Below, piece by piece: positions 1 to 9,300 of a stretch of 64,000 nucleotides of DNA. The stretch lies in NCBI GenBank assembly GCA_049975405.1, contig JBNGDK010000004.1, positions 270 to 64,269 on the forward strand, written 5' to 3'. The notes under the pieces were generated by a model. That model worked only from the letters and a program-made list of their open reading frames with translations, ran no database searches and had not been told where the DNA came from. Source of the stretch: Candidatus Methanospirareceae archaeon. Its GTDB lineage: Archaea > Halobacteriota > Syntropharchaeia > Alkanophagales > Methanospirareceae. The position numbers and the translations under genes were made by a program. Positions within the stretch are counted from its first letter, which is position 1, and the number at the start of each line of letters is the position of its first letter.

Positions 1-88
1 GGGAGCAGATCTTGAGTCTGCCACCTTTGTCCACTCGGTAACCCCCGCTTGTATCCTATCCTACCCTACCGTATCTATCCAAACTCAG

Positions 89-487
89 CTAAACAATAAT
101 CGCCGCAGCCGACGCGATCTTCGAGAAGCGCTCTACCGCTTCCCGCGCCACGGGTCCGCGAATCTCCGAGCCCTTCGGCATGCCCTTATCGTCCACGATC
201 ACAGCCGCGTTATCCTCGAACTTGACACGCAACCCCGACGGCCGCCTGAACTCCTTTCGCTGGCGCACAATCACCGCTTTTACGATCTGTTTCTTGATCT
301 CCGGCCTGCCCTTCTTCACCGTAACAATGACCACATCACCGATTCCGGCCTTCGGGTACCGGTTCTTCACGCCACGATACCCCTTCACCGCAATAATCTG
401 CAGGACCTTCGCACCGGTATTATCCACGCAATCTAACCGCGCACCGGTCGGCAAAGCCCGCGGTATCTTCGCTTTTATCCCTTTCAT
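89..487 (-). CDS. rpl14: 50S ribosomal protein uL14
   Basis: 132 aa. The N-terminus [27 protein letters not shown] is typical of archaeal L14, and the gene sits in the conserved r-protein operon order. Confidence 0.95.
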   Translation of the reverse strand: MKGIKAKIPRALPTGARLDCVDNTGAKVLQIIAVKGYRGVKNRYPKAGIGDVVIVTVKKGRPEIKKQIVKAVIVRQRKEFRRPSGLRVKFEDNAAVIVDDKGMPKGSEIRGPVAREAVERFSKIASAAAIIV

Positions 488-574
488 CTTTCTTCGCGCT
501 CCCTTGCTCGCTCGTTCTTATACTTCTTTCCCGTGGCAGGTTAAAAGCTTGCGTCGCTCGCGTGCGAACAAACC

Positions 575-895
575 TCACCGTTTCTCCACCACGACGAAGC
601 TCTTGGTCTTGCTCAGCGGTCTGCATTCCGCGATCTTCACGACATCGCCAACCTTCGCATTGATGCAGGGCGGATTGTGCGCGTGTATCTTCGACTGCCG
701 CTTCTCGTAGCGTTCATATTTCGCGATCTTCTTCAGGTACGAGCGGAGCACCACGACCGTCTTCGGCGCTTTATCGCTGACAACCTCACCCTCCAGGATC
801 TGACCGCGTACCGGTAAGGATCCATGAAATGGGCAGTTGATATCGTCACAGTCCTTCTCAGGTACCTTCACATTGAGCCCTATGTCTTCTCTCAT
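575..895 (-). CDS. rps17: 30S ribosomal protein uS17
   Basis: 106 aa with the cysteine pair DDINCPFHG characteristic of archaeal S17. It lies between the RNase P protein gene and L14. Confidence 0.9.
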   Translation of the reverse strand: MREDIGLNVKVPEKDCDDINCPFHGSLPVRGQILEGEVVSDKAPKTVVVLRSYLKKIAKYERYEKRQSKIHAHNPPCINAKVGDVVKIAECRPLSKTKSFVVVEKR

Positions 896-1021
896 TTCGC
901 TTCCTGTTCCTCTTCTAATAACCTTCTCTTCCCTATTCCTTATGTACTTTAGACCAGAAAAGTCTGAGTCGATCGAGATGGCAGACCTGAGCTGGTTCCG
1001 AACCCCGCCGGTTGTGGAACT

Positions 1022-1294
1022 TTAACGCTTCTTGATCCGGTCCTCAGGCCGTGCAACGAGTCGGTCGCCCTTCACGCGCACGCGCACACCATCGTCAAGC
1101 GTAAAGATAAACCAGTTACCCGTTTTGGAGACGCTCTTCTCCGCCCGCTGTGCAGTCTCAATGACGAGCATGTTTCGCGTCTCATTGACCACCGTACCGC
1201 GTAAACCGGCGAGCGTGCCATTCGTGCTCTCGTCCACCGTGATCTGCAAGCCAATGAGCTCATGCTGCAGGAGATTACCCGGCCTGAGCTTCAT
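1022..1294 (-). CDS. rnp1: RNase P protein component 1 (Rpp29/Pop4-like)
   Basis: 90-aa basic protein at the conserved position between L29/SUI1 and S17 in archaeal r-protein operons. The motif LIGLQITVDESTNGTLAGLRGTVVNETRNMLVIET is Rpp29-like. Confidence 0.75.
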   Translation of the reverse strand: MKLRPGNLLQHELIGLQITVDESTNGTLAGLRGTVVNETRNMLVIETAQRAEKSVSKTGNWFIFTLDDGVRVRVKGDRLVARPEDRIKKR

Positions 1295-1318
1295 CTATCT
1301 CGCTCTTTCCAGATTCAA

Positions 1319-1618
1319 TCAATCCTCGCCCTCGAGGATAAATCCCATCTCCTTGAGCGCTATCTTGGTCCCCTTCCGCTGATCGCCCTGCAATTCGATA
1401 GTGCCCGCTTTCACCGTGCCGCCGCAGGCGAACTTCGATTTGAGTTCCTTCGATAACGCCTTCAGATCTACTTCCTTACCGTCGATCCCATCAATCACGG
1501 TGATGAACTTCCCGAACTTCTTCCGCAGCGTATAGACCTTAACGATTTGCTGCTCTTTAGCGATCTCTTTACAAATGCATAAATCAAGCGGCAATCCACA
1601 CTTTTCGCAGATCTCCAT
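1319..1618 (-). CDS. Translation initiation factor aSUI1/eIF1
   Basis: 99 aa. It has an N-terminal CxxC...CxC zinc ribbon and a C-terminal FACGGTVKAGTIELQGDQRKGTKIALKEMGF that matches the SUI1 domain. Confidence 0.85.
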   Translation of the reverse strand: MEICEKCGLPLDLCICKEIAKEQQIVKVYTLRKKFGKFITVIDGIDGKEVDLKALSKELKSKFACGGTVKAGTIELQGDQRKGTKIALKEMGFILEGED

Positions 1619-1623
1619 GCAGC

Positions 1624-1881
1624 TTAGCTCCTCTTCGCCTTAAGTGCTCGCTTCACGTCTGCGGTTGCGGCCGTTGCTGCTCCGCGCCGCTCCTCACTCT
1701 GGACCGTCTTAATCCGCGCGATCGTCCGTCGTATCTCTCCTATTCGGCCGGGGTTGTCCGGCGAGCCACCGGTAGCGATGACCCCACGCTCCTGCAACAG
1801 GTCCTTCATCAAACTCTCCAATTCCTCGTTACGCTCCTTCACACTCATCTTTCGGATTTCGTCAATTTTAAAGATGCTCAT
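1624..1881 (-). CDS. rpl29: 50S ribosomal protein uL29
   Basis: 85-aa coiled-coil protein at the conserved operon position. Its start overlaps the end of S3. Confidence 0.85.
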   Translation of the reverse strand: MSIFKIDEIRKMSVKERNEELESLMKDLLQERGVIATGGSPDNPGRIGEIRRTIARIKTVQSEERRGAATAATADVKRALKAKRS

Positions 1882-2738
1882 GCTTCAGGTCCCGTCTCTT
1901 CCGCCCCTTCCGTTTTTGCCGCAGGATCTAACTCCTCGGCAGGCGCTGCAGCGGTTTCTGCTGGTTTAGCTTCTGTCTTCCGCGCTCGCTTCTTCTTCTC
2001 TTTCTTTGCTTCACCCTGCGGCTGTTCAACCTCCGCTTTGGGACTGACTGTAGATTCCTGTTCCGTCTCCTTTTCGGCAACTGTTGATTCTTTCGAGCCC
2101 ATTTCAGGTGTTACCGCCTCTGTTTCTCCTGCTGCTTCTACCGCTGGTGTTAACTGCATCTGAAAAGTGTCAGGAATATACACGTCGGGTCTGACGATTC
2201 GAACTTTGACCCCGATCACGCCCGCCTTCTTCTTCGCGATCGCATAGCCATTATCAACGATCTCTGCAGCTAACGATCCGCAATGCTTGATATACCCGTC
2301 AACCATCTTCTCCATCCGACCACGAGGACCCTTCAGCTTCCCGGTCATCCGTATCTCGCATCCGCGCGCGCCGCGATCCATGATCCGCTGCAGGGTTGAG
2401 CGCCCGGCACGCCGGAAATGCCAGCCGCGCTCGATGAGCTTCGCGAGCCGATTCGCCATCAATTGCGCGTTCAATTCCGGGACATCAATCGGTTGTACAT
2501 CAATCTGCGGATTGTCCAGTTCTTGCCGCTTTATGATATCATTGGTTATCCGTTTGATACGCTTGCCGTCCTTCCCGATAATCATCCCGGGCTTCTCGAC
2601 TTTCACCGTGATTTGCGTGCCCATCGGCGTTCGCTTCAACTCCATCCCGCCATAGCCCGCACGATCAAGCTCAGTCCTGAAATACTCGTTCATCCGAACT
2701 TTTTTAATCCCTTCTTCGACGAAAATCCTCTCTATCAC
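1878..2738 (-). CDS. rps3: 30S ribosomal protein uS3, with a C-terminal low-complexity tail of about 90 aa
   Basis: A KH domain (GKDGKRIKRITNDI...) is followed by a long tail rich in E, K, A, T and P. Confidence 0.95.
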   Translation of the reverse strand: MIERIFVEEGIKKVRMNEYFRTELDRAGYGGMELKRTPMGTQITVKVEKPGMIIGKDGKRIKRITNDIIKRQELDNPQIDVQPIDVPELNAQLMANRLAKLIERGWHFRRAGRSTLQRIMDRGARGCEIRMTGKLKGPRGRMEKMVDGYIKHCGSLAAEIVDNGYAIAKKKAGVIGVKVRIVRPDVYIPDTFQMQLTPAVEAAGETEAVTPEMGSKESTVAEKETEQESTVSPKAEVEQPQGEAKKEKKKRARKTEAKPAETAAAPAEELDPAAKTEGAEETGPEA

Positions 2739-2745
2739 GTTCCAT

Positions 2746-3216
2746 CTAACTCCCTGCTTCCTTCAAAATGATCTCAACCGTTACCGTTTGTGTATTGAAC
2801 GGTGTTGCACGCCCAAAAGCACGCGGGAGGATTCCTTGTATCGTACGTCCCTGCTTCGTGACCACGCGCCACACCCGCAGCGCCTCGGTATCGAGCCCCT
2901 TATACTCTGCATTACTCCGTGCGCTCTTCAGCAATTTCAGGATTTCTGCGGTCGCTCTCACCGGATAGCGACCTGCATCCCAGTTCTTAAGCCCGCGGCG
3001 ATGGGGCACTTTATGCTTGTACCGCTTAAAAGGTACCGCTGACTTCATGTCGAGCACGTTCTCGAGGAACGTCTCCGCGTCATCAACCTTCTTCCCCCTT
3101 ATGGCAGTGACAACTTCATGTGCGTGCTTTGGGGAAATATGGAGCTCATAGGCCATTGCTCGTGCTGTCGTTTCCGGATCTGCTTCGGATCCCTGTGTAT
3201 AATTAACTTTGGCCAT
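2746..3216 (-). CDS. rpl22: 50S ribosomal protein uL22
   Basis: 156 aa, in operon context between S3 and S19. Confidence 0.93.
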   Translation of the reverse strand: MAKVNYTQGSEADPETTARAMAYELHISPKHAHEVVTAIRGKKVDDAETFLENVLDMKSAVPFKRYKHKVPHRRGLKNWDAGRYPVRATAEILKLLKSARSNAEYKGLDTEALRVWRVVTKQGRTIQGILPRAFGRATPFNTQTVTVEIILKEAGS

Positions 3217-3242
3217 CTTCTCCTCTCTTCTCAGCTCCCTCG

Positions 3243-3668
3243 TTACTTCAGCGGCACGTACTTTGACGACCGGGTCGCACCCACGCCTGCAGCGCCGTGT
3301 GCTACCTTTTTCCGCGTCAACGCGAGCTCGCCCAGATAGTGTCCGACCATCTCGGGTTTGATCTCGATGAACTCGAAACCCTTACCGTCGTGGATACCGA
3401 TCTTTGCGCCCACCATGCTCGGCAGCACGATCGAGTCACGCAAATGGGTCTTAATGTTCTCCTTTCCCGCTTCAATCTCGGCGAGCAGCTTCTCCTCTTC
3501 CGTACGGAGTGAGCGGTTGAGCTTTCGTCGCTGCCGTGCACAGAGCAGCTCGGCGAACTCCTCGAGCTTCATCTTCTTGAGCTTCGCCAGCGTATAACCA
3601 CGATACGTGAACTCCTCCTCCTTCCTCTTTAATGTTGTTTTAGCCTTAGCTTTCCTCTTCTTTGCCAT
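3243..3668 (-). CDS. rps19: 30S ribosomal protein uS19
   Basis: 141 aa with the S19 signature [13 protein letters not shown]...[11 protein letters not shown]. Confidence 0.95.
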   Translation of the reverse strand: MAKKRKAKAKTTLKRKEEEFTYRGYTLAKLKKMKLEEFAELLCARQRRKLNRSLRTEEEKLLAEIEAGKENIKTHLRDSIVLPSMVGAKIGIHDGKGFEFIEIKPEMVGHYLGELALTRKKVAHGAAGVGATRSSKYVPLK

Positions 3669-3685
3669 ACTTCCTGCTTACCTCA

Positions 3686-4426
3686 TCACTTCTTCCCGGT
3701 TCGCTTGGCCGCGATGCTCCCCACCTTCCGTCCGGGTGGTGCGCCACGTCCGGGCGTCTTGCTCTTGCCAATGTGCTGATGCCCACCGCCACCATGCGGA
3801 TGATCAACGGCATTCATGGCGACACCACGCACGGTCGGATATTTCGCCGCACGTGCACGCATCTTATGATATTTCTTGCCCGCTTTAACAAATGGCTTAT
3901 CGGTACGTCCTCCACCAGCGACCACGCCGATGGTGGCAAAGCACTCTGAGGACAGCCATTTCTTCTGACCACTCGGCATCGCTATCAATGAGCGACCCGT
4001 CTCGTGCTCGTGCGCCACCAGGGTTGCACTCCCACCGGAAGATCGCACGAATTTACCGCCGTCGTTTGGCCGTGACTCCAAATTACAGAGTGCTATACCT
4101 TCAGGAATACAGCGCAGCGGCACGGTATTGCCCGTCTTTATCGGTGCCGCATCACCATAGAAGAGTAAATCACCCTCGGCCACGCCCTCGGGAACAATAA
4201 TGTAACGCTCTTCAATCTTCGTCTCATCACCGTTCTCTCGCTCGTACTGAATGCGGGCGATCGGAGCGCTCCGCGCAGGATCGTGCTCAATCTTCAATAT
4301 TTTTGCTGAGATTGTCTCGCCCTTGCTGATCGGAACATGTTCGAGATTGCCTTTATATCGGTGTGCGGGCGCCCGATACGTAGGGGTTCCTCTTCCTCTC
4401 CGCTGTGCGATTATTCGTTTTCCCAT
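3686..4426 (-). CDS. rpl2: 50S ribosomal protein uL2
   Basis: 246 aa with the L2 signatures AMNAVDHPHGGGGHQHIG and GRGAPPGRK. Confidence 0.97.
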   Translation of the reverse strand: MGKRIIAQRRGRGTPTYRAPAHRYKGNLEHVPISKGETISAKILKIEHDPARSAPIARIQYERENGDETKIEERYIIVPEGVAEGDLLFYGDAAPIKTGNTVPLRCIPEGIALCNLESRPNDGGKFVRSSGGSATLVAHEHETGRSLIAMPSGQKKWLSSECFATIGVVAGGGRTDKPFVKAGKKYHKMRARAAKYPTVRGVAMNAVDHPHGGGGHQHIGKSKTPGRGAPPGRKVGSIAAKRTGKK

Positions 4427-4436
4427 CTTTCCGTGA

Positions 4437-4691
4437 TTATAATATGCCGAGTGAAGTGCCGATCTCTTTGGCCTTCTCTTCTTGCTCTAATTCTACTATT
4501 GCCTTCTTCTCACCTTTAAACGTTATCATCGTCCGTACGTTCCGTACGGGCGTCTCAAAGATACGCTCCACCTCATGCTTTATCTCGCTCTTGCTCGCGT
4601 TTATATCAACAATAAATTGCAGCTTGTTCTCCGCATCGATCTGCAGCGTTGCTTTTTCGCTTGGCACGATGTGTTTCAGTGTTCGGTGCAT
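4437..4691 (-). CDS. rpl23: 50S ribosomal protein uL23
   Basis: 84 aa, in operon position between L4 and L2. Confidence 0.9.
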   Translation of the reverse strand: MHRTLKHIVPSEKATLQIDAENKLQFIVDINASKSEIKHEVERIFETPVRNVRTMITFKGEKKAIVELEQEEKAKEIGTSLGIL

Positions 4692-4703
4692 CTCTTTCTT
4701 TTA

Positions 4704-5501
4704 TCACTCCATTGCGGTTAAGTGTGCTAGTGAAGACTCAGTCCAGATCGTTAATCTGCCTGGATGCGTCCCTGGTGCGAGCAATTCGGTGTTGAGCTCC
4801 GGGGCGTACGCGATATCCACGCCCGGTAAGTTCTTTGCCGCTTTCAGTATCGGTCGTTCCTCGGCCTGCGCATCTTCACGTCCAATAACGATCAATAAGC
4901 TCTTTTTCGTCTTGTATCTCCGGCCGCGCATCTTGCCTTTACCAGCCCGTACCTTTCGCACCTTCGCTCTGAGCACATCGTCCCAGACGCCCAACGTCTT
5001 GAAGACGGCCTCGACCTCCGCGGTCTTCGCGAGGCCCGCTAATGAATCCTCAACGATCAGTGGCAGCGGGAGATTCTCACTAAATCGATGCCCGCGTTCA
5101 CGTACCTTAAGGGGATCAGTGGTGGCAGCAATCGCAGATCGGATCGCTTTTCTCCGCTCCTTCTTGTTGATTTTACGTTCCAAGCGCTTTTCGGGCTTTG
5201 GCGGATGCGCGCGTCGCCCTCCAACGGTCTGTGGTGCTCGCGCGGCGCGTCGCCCATCTGTAACCCGAGGAACCCGTGCAACACCTCTACCAGGCCCCCA
5301 GCTCTCCGCAGAAGTCCGCCGCCCGGCCAAGGGATCCGTGCCCTTCGGCTGAAAGCGATTGGACTGCAGAGCGAGCACTGCGCGCTTGATCAAATCCGGC
5401 CGGTACTCCTCCAGGAAGACCGGTGGCAATGAAATCTCCTTAACAACCTTACCCGATAAATCTAATACCTTTGCTGTGCTTGTCACTTCTCTTACCATCA
5501 C
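4704..5501 (-). CDS. rpl4: 50S ribosomal protein uL4
   Basis: 265 aa, in operon position, with an L4-like basic loop. Confidence 0.92.
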   Translation of the reverse strand: MMVREVTSTAKVLDLSGKVVKEISLPPVFLEEYRPDLIKRAVLALQSNRFQPKGTDPLAGRRTSAESWGPGRGVARVPRVTDGRRAARAPQTVGGRRAHPPKPEKRLERKINKKERRKAIRSAIAATTDPLKVRERGHRFSENLPLPLIVEDSLAGLAKTAEVEAVFKTLGVWDDVLRAKVRKVRAGKGKMRGRRYKTKKSLLIVIGREDAQAEERPILKAAKNLPGVDIAYAPELNTELLAPGTHPGRLTIWTESSLAHLTAME

Positions 5502-5526
5502 TCTTCTTCTCGTCGTCCCGCTCTAT

Positions 5527-6510
5527 CTATTTCCCCTGTTGTGATCTCGTGCTGATCGCGATAATTTCAGGTGCACCCAGCCGTGGGTGCGGTCGTATGG
5601 CATGCGAAATTCGTATCAGTCGCTTCTTCGGGCCGGGCACACTCCCCTTGAGTACAAGGTACTCGTTCGTCACAGCGCCGTACCGCACGAAGCCACCCTT
5701 CGGCGTTATCTCCTCGTCAGTACCACCAAGCTTCATCACACGCTTATTATACTCTGTACGCTGGTGATAGCCCGTCTGTCCCATCTGAGGTACGCGCCAG
5801 CGGACTCTGCGTGGTCGCCAGCCACCAATGGCACCCACATGCCGCCCTTTTCCCGATCGTTGCGCTTTCGCGTTCTGAATCATCACACCCCAGCGCTTTA
5901 CCGGGCCCTGGGTGCCCTTACCCCGGGTAATGGCAGTGACATCCACGAAATCGCCCTCCTTCACCACGTCCGTAACTTTCAAATCCTTACCTATAAGCTC
6001 TTTCGCATACTCAAGGTCGTTCTCGACCGTATCGCTCATCTTAATCTCCATGAGCCCCTGCTTCTTCTTCGGCAACGCAGCCACCATCTCGGGCCTCGTG
6101 GCCGCAATCAAACGCAGACAAAAAACTCGTGTATCCTCCGCCTTCTCGACGAGCGCTTTCAGTGAGCGTAATCCTCCGTCCGTCTCCGCGGCTTGATCGC
6201 CCGTTACCCACACTTCTTTGACGGCGCGGCGACCGTAATTAGTCATCTTGTAAAGACGGAAACCGACCACGCGCATCGGCGGGGTCTCAATGATCGTTGC
6301 GGGAACAGCAATCTCCATTCCCTTAGTCATACTATGAGCATAATCGTCAGTGAGCATAAGGTGAGTCATACCGGCTTTATAGCCCGCGAAACCCTGCAGT
6401 CTCTTACCCTCGACTCGTTCCTCTCTCTTTATTCTACACGTTTCACTTCGGGCCCGCTTCCGCGGTGAATAGGCGAGCGAGCCTCTCCTCGGTCTGTGTC
6501 TTTTAGCCAT
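5527..6510 (-). CDS. rpl3: 50S ribosomal protein uL3
   Basis: 327 aa and the first gene of the operon. It carries L3 motifs such as GFAGYKAGMTH. Confidence 0.95.
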   Translation of the reverse strand: MAKRHRPRRGSLAYSPRKRARSETCRIKREERVEGKRLQGFAGYKAGMTHLMLTDDYAHSMTKGMEIAVPATIIETPPMRVVGFRLYKMTNYGRRAVKEVWVTGDQAAETDGGLRSLKALVEKAEDTRVFCLRLIAATRPEMVAALPKKKQGLMEIKMSDTVENDLEYAKELIGKDLKVTDVVKEGDFVDVTAITRGKGTQGPVKRWGVMIQNAKAQRSGKGRHVGAIGGWRPRRVRWRVPQMGQTGYHQRTEYNKRVMKLGGTDEEITPKGGFVRYGAVTNEYLVLKGSVPGPKKRLIRISHAIRPHPRLGAPEIIAISTRSQQGK

Positions 6511-6534
6511 CTTCCTCTTCGGTCACGACTAGTT

Positions 6535-6575
6535 ACTGTAAGAGCTTTGAGTATATAAGTATTTAAAAACAGCCA
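6535..6575 (-). promoter_or_regulatory. Putative BRE/TATA promoter of the L3-L14 r-protein operon
   Basis: The minus strand reads GTTTTTAAATACTTATATACTC about 45-60 nt upstream of the rpl3 ATG. Confidence 0.35.
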
Positions 6576-6579
6576 GCGC

Positions 6580-7752
6580 TCAAAACGCCTGCTGCACGCA
6601 TTGCTCGGTCGTACACAGCTGTACCGCCGCTCCACCACAGAGCAGCGGCACGTATCGCAGCATCTTTCCGGAGTTGGTAATGACGCAACGGTACTGCTCA
6701 AACGCAGGCGAGACAACGAAACAGGTATCGCAAATCACCTTCACACCGTACGCCTCGATCTTCCGCACTACATCCTGCATACGCTCCTTCACCGCACGTG
6801 CAGTAAATACAAAGAATTCTTTCCGCACTGTTCGTCCCTTGCTCTCGGTGCGCAGAAACTCATGAATCTGCTGGAGTTCGGTCGCTGAGCAATGGGGACA
6901 ACCGATCGCGATCACGTCGCCCTCGCAGCGCGCCCTATGGACGGACTCGATATCGCTTCTGTCCAGCTCGAGCTTTTCCGCAGGATGTCCAAAGTACTCG
7001 GAATCAGGCGTGAGTCCTGCGATATGGTACAATCCGACGGAGCCGGTCGCGCCGATCGCCGCGGATAAATGCTTCAATTCATCGGCTGTCGGCTGTGACG
7101 CGGGCAGGAGCTCGATCAGTGGTATCTTGTTCCCGACGAGCTCGCCGAGTATAAACCCGAGCGCACTGTAATCCGCATCCCGTAGCGCGCACTGCACGCA
7201 GACCCGAAGCTCAGGTTCCCGATTTTCCGTAAGATGAAGCCCATATTCGGGCGTCTTCCCGATGAGTGCCGCGGCAAGAGCAGAGGGGGCACCTTCCATA
7301 TTCGTGCGCGCGCCCAGGGCCGAATTGGCGTAAAGAACGGCTGACGATTCAGCCCATGCGATGTGCTCGCCCTCTTGCGGCCTGTTGCCGACATGGTACG
7401 GAATACAGGTGCATTCGACGTCGATGCCCAGGCACCGGTAGGCGTGCACGACCTCACGCTGCTTCGCGACAAAGGTCTCCGAGACGTTGAGCGACTGCCA
7501 GATACGGCGATCCACACCGGTAGGATTGAGCGTGCTTTTCACCTGCACGCGCGCACCCTCAAGGCTCTTGATGAACTCAAAGGCGTCTCCGATCGTCTTA
7601 TACGAGGCACCGGAGATATGCGCGCTCTTGATGGGGATCAGGTGCGATGCGTGATGGATATCGCCGATCGCAACGAGGATCTCCATCGCCTTTTGACGTG
7701 CCCAGCCCTCTTCGCCCTTAAGGATCCGCTCCTCATCGTTGGTAAGATGCAT
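6580..7752 (-). CDS. Aconitase X family protein (DUF521): likely large subunit of phosphomevalonate dehydratase, archaeal mevalonate pathway
   Basis: 390 aa with AcnX-type conserved segments, for example GASYKTIGDAFEFI, a cysteine-rich core and the C-terminal CDTCFVV. Confidence 0.7.
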   Translation of the reverse strand: MHLTNDEERILKGEEGWARQKAMEILVAIGDIHHASHLIPIKSAHISGASYKTIGDAFEFIKSLEGARVQVKSTLNPTGVDRRIWQSLNVSETFVAKQREVVHAYRCLGIDVECTCIPYHVGNRPQEGEHIAWAESSAVLYANSALGARTNMEGAPSALAAALIGKTPEYGLHLTENREPELRVCVQCALRDADYSALGFILGELVGNKIPLIELLPASQPTADELKHLSAAIGATGSVGLYHIAGLTPDSEYFGHPAEKLELDRSDIESVHRARCEGDVIAIGCPHCSATELQQIHEFLRTESKGRTVRKEFFVFTARAVKERMQDVVRKIEAYGVKVICDTCFVVSPAFEQYRCVITNSGKMLRYVPLLCGGAAVQLCTTEQCVQQAF

Positions 7753-7965
7753 CGCTGCTCGTTACTCTCGTTACACCACAGAGTGAATAGGAGCTACATT
7801 CATTTCATTTTTCTCTTTCACCAGCATGTTCAGAACGACTGCCGACTGAACGCACCCTTACCGGGCGACGGGAATAAAAAGGCTCAGCAGCCGAGAGCGG
7901 ACCAAAAAGCCCGTTACAGTACGGAGACAGGAAGCTTTTTGTAGTCCTTTTACAATGTAGAAGCG

Positions 7966-8538
7966 ATGAGCGAGAAGATCCCGATTTTAAAGGGTAAAAA
8001 GATCAAAACGCGGATCTTACGGCCTTCTGAGTTCGAACAATTGCGTACCGGCGCGAAGAGGACGGAAAATCGTACTCTTCTGGATGCTTGTCTGCTGTTG
8101 GGCGCACGGTACACCGAGTGCAAGAAGATTCAGGATAATGCCCGGTGGTTCGATGGCAATTTCGTACATCTCCCCTCAGAGGCACAGCGGAAGGTGAAAC
8201 GGAAACAGGCTGAGCGATGGATCAGATTGAGCTCAATGGGAAAGGCAATTCTCCCGTACTTCTTCGAGAATAGGAAACGACTGCCTTCGATACAGGCCTG
8301 GGATTACGCACTGGTGCAGTGGGCAAAGCAGGGTGATTTAAATCCTGTTGGCATATCCGCACGGACCATGCGTAAGACCTACGAGAGCTGGTTGATTTTT
8401 TATTTCCCTGAAGCCACAAATTTAGTTTATCTTTCACAGGGACATACTACATTAACTTCTTTGCAACATTACATTAATTTGCCCTTTATAGAAGACGATA
8501 AAAAAAATATGGGTAAATGGGTAGAAGGATGGTTATGA
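7966..8538 (+). CDS. Tyrosine recombinase (phage-integrase family), catalytic domain only
   Basis: 190 aa. ARYTE is box I (Arg). ARTMRKTYESWL lines up with the HxLRHT box and keeps its Arg. SQGHTTLTSLQHY supplies the His and the Tyr nucleophile. There is no N-terminal core-binding domain. The 3' 150 nt of the gene are AT-rich. Confidence 0.6.
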   Translation: MSEKIPILKGKKIKTRILRPSEFEQLRTGAKRTENRTLLDACLLLGARYTECKKIQDNARWFDGNFVHLPSEAQRKVKRKQAERWIRLSSMGKAILPYFFENRKRLPSIQAWDYALVQWAKQGDLNPVGISARTMRKTYESWLIFYFPEATNLVYLSQGHTTLTSLQHYINLPFIEDDKKNMGKWVEGWL

Positions 8539-9300
8539 TACATTTGTTTTCGTATTAGATCCTTTGTGTCGTGTATGAAGCAATAATAATTTATTTTTCA
8601 TATATATATCTTTTTAAATTAAGAGAATAAAATTTTTAATTTGTTTTAATTTAAAAATCCATTTTATAGATAAAAGATTCTTACTACACTATTTTATTTA
8701 TATTATTGCCTTAATTTACCCAATATAAAAGAAGTAGATACTTACAATATTGTGCGTTTAAATTTTGCAATTTCGCTATAGCCAATATATTCCACCCATA
8801 TTAACCTTTAAGTTTTATAAAAACTTCAAGTATCATCGTCGGGTGGGAATCCCGAAAACCGCTCATATCACCGTTTATAATAGGAATAGACCGTATATCG
8901 TCCCACCTTCAGGAAGGTTGAAGTTTTATCATAAAACTTCAGGTCGCGTGCGCTGGTTGGGTACAATTATTCGTACACCAAAAATTATTTTGCGTTATAC
9001 TACTTCATCGCTTCTAAATTTGCGATTTCTGCGATTTTTTTAGTTCCATCCAATACATTCCATCTCCTTGACCCTGCGAGTGCATCAGAACTCAAATTTC
9101 GTTATTTTGATGAGCGTAACGTTTTATGGTAGGTTGATTTATGTGAACAAACACAAAAAGTGTTAAAAAAAGCGTATACTAATACTTTTTTATTAGATCC
9201 AGCTCATCAAAATAATATTATGTATGAATATCTTATTTGTTTAAGTCAAACTTTGCAAAAATATTTTTTTACCCTAATGATCTTTCCGTATCGCGACTCT
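8539..9300. other. AT-rich non-coding island (about 30% GC) with hairpin palindromes
   Basis: There is a sharp GC drop relative to flanking genes. Two related perfect hairpins occur: AAGTTTT-ATA-AAAACTT at 8810-8826 and GAAGTTTTAT-C-ATAAAACTTC at 8920-8940. The motif AAATTTGC(A/G)ATTTC is repeated at about 8761 and about 9017. No credible ORF is present. Confidence 0.5.

Noticed and set aside
180-5352. Many long antisense or alternate-frame ORFs overlapping the ribosomal-protein genes (for example 180-710+, 1032-1382+, 4405-5352+, 5587-6165+)
   Set aside because: They lie opposite or out of frame to unmistakable r-protein genes, have S/R/P/C-rich composition typical of GC-rich shadow frames, and carry no motifs.
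8765-9043. 92-aa ORF inside the AT-rich island
   Set aside because: Its composition is Y/K/F/I-rich, typical of translated AT-rich non-coding DNA. It overlaps the hairpin palindromes and is more likely regulatory or structural DNA.
8539-9300. AT-rich island considered as a replication origin
   Set aside because: There is no orc1/cdc6 gene nearby and no convincing multi-copy ORB-like repeats, only two short hairpins.
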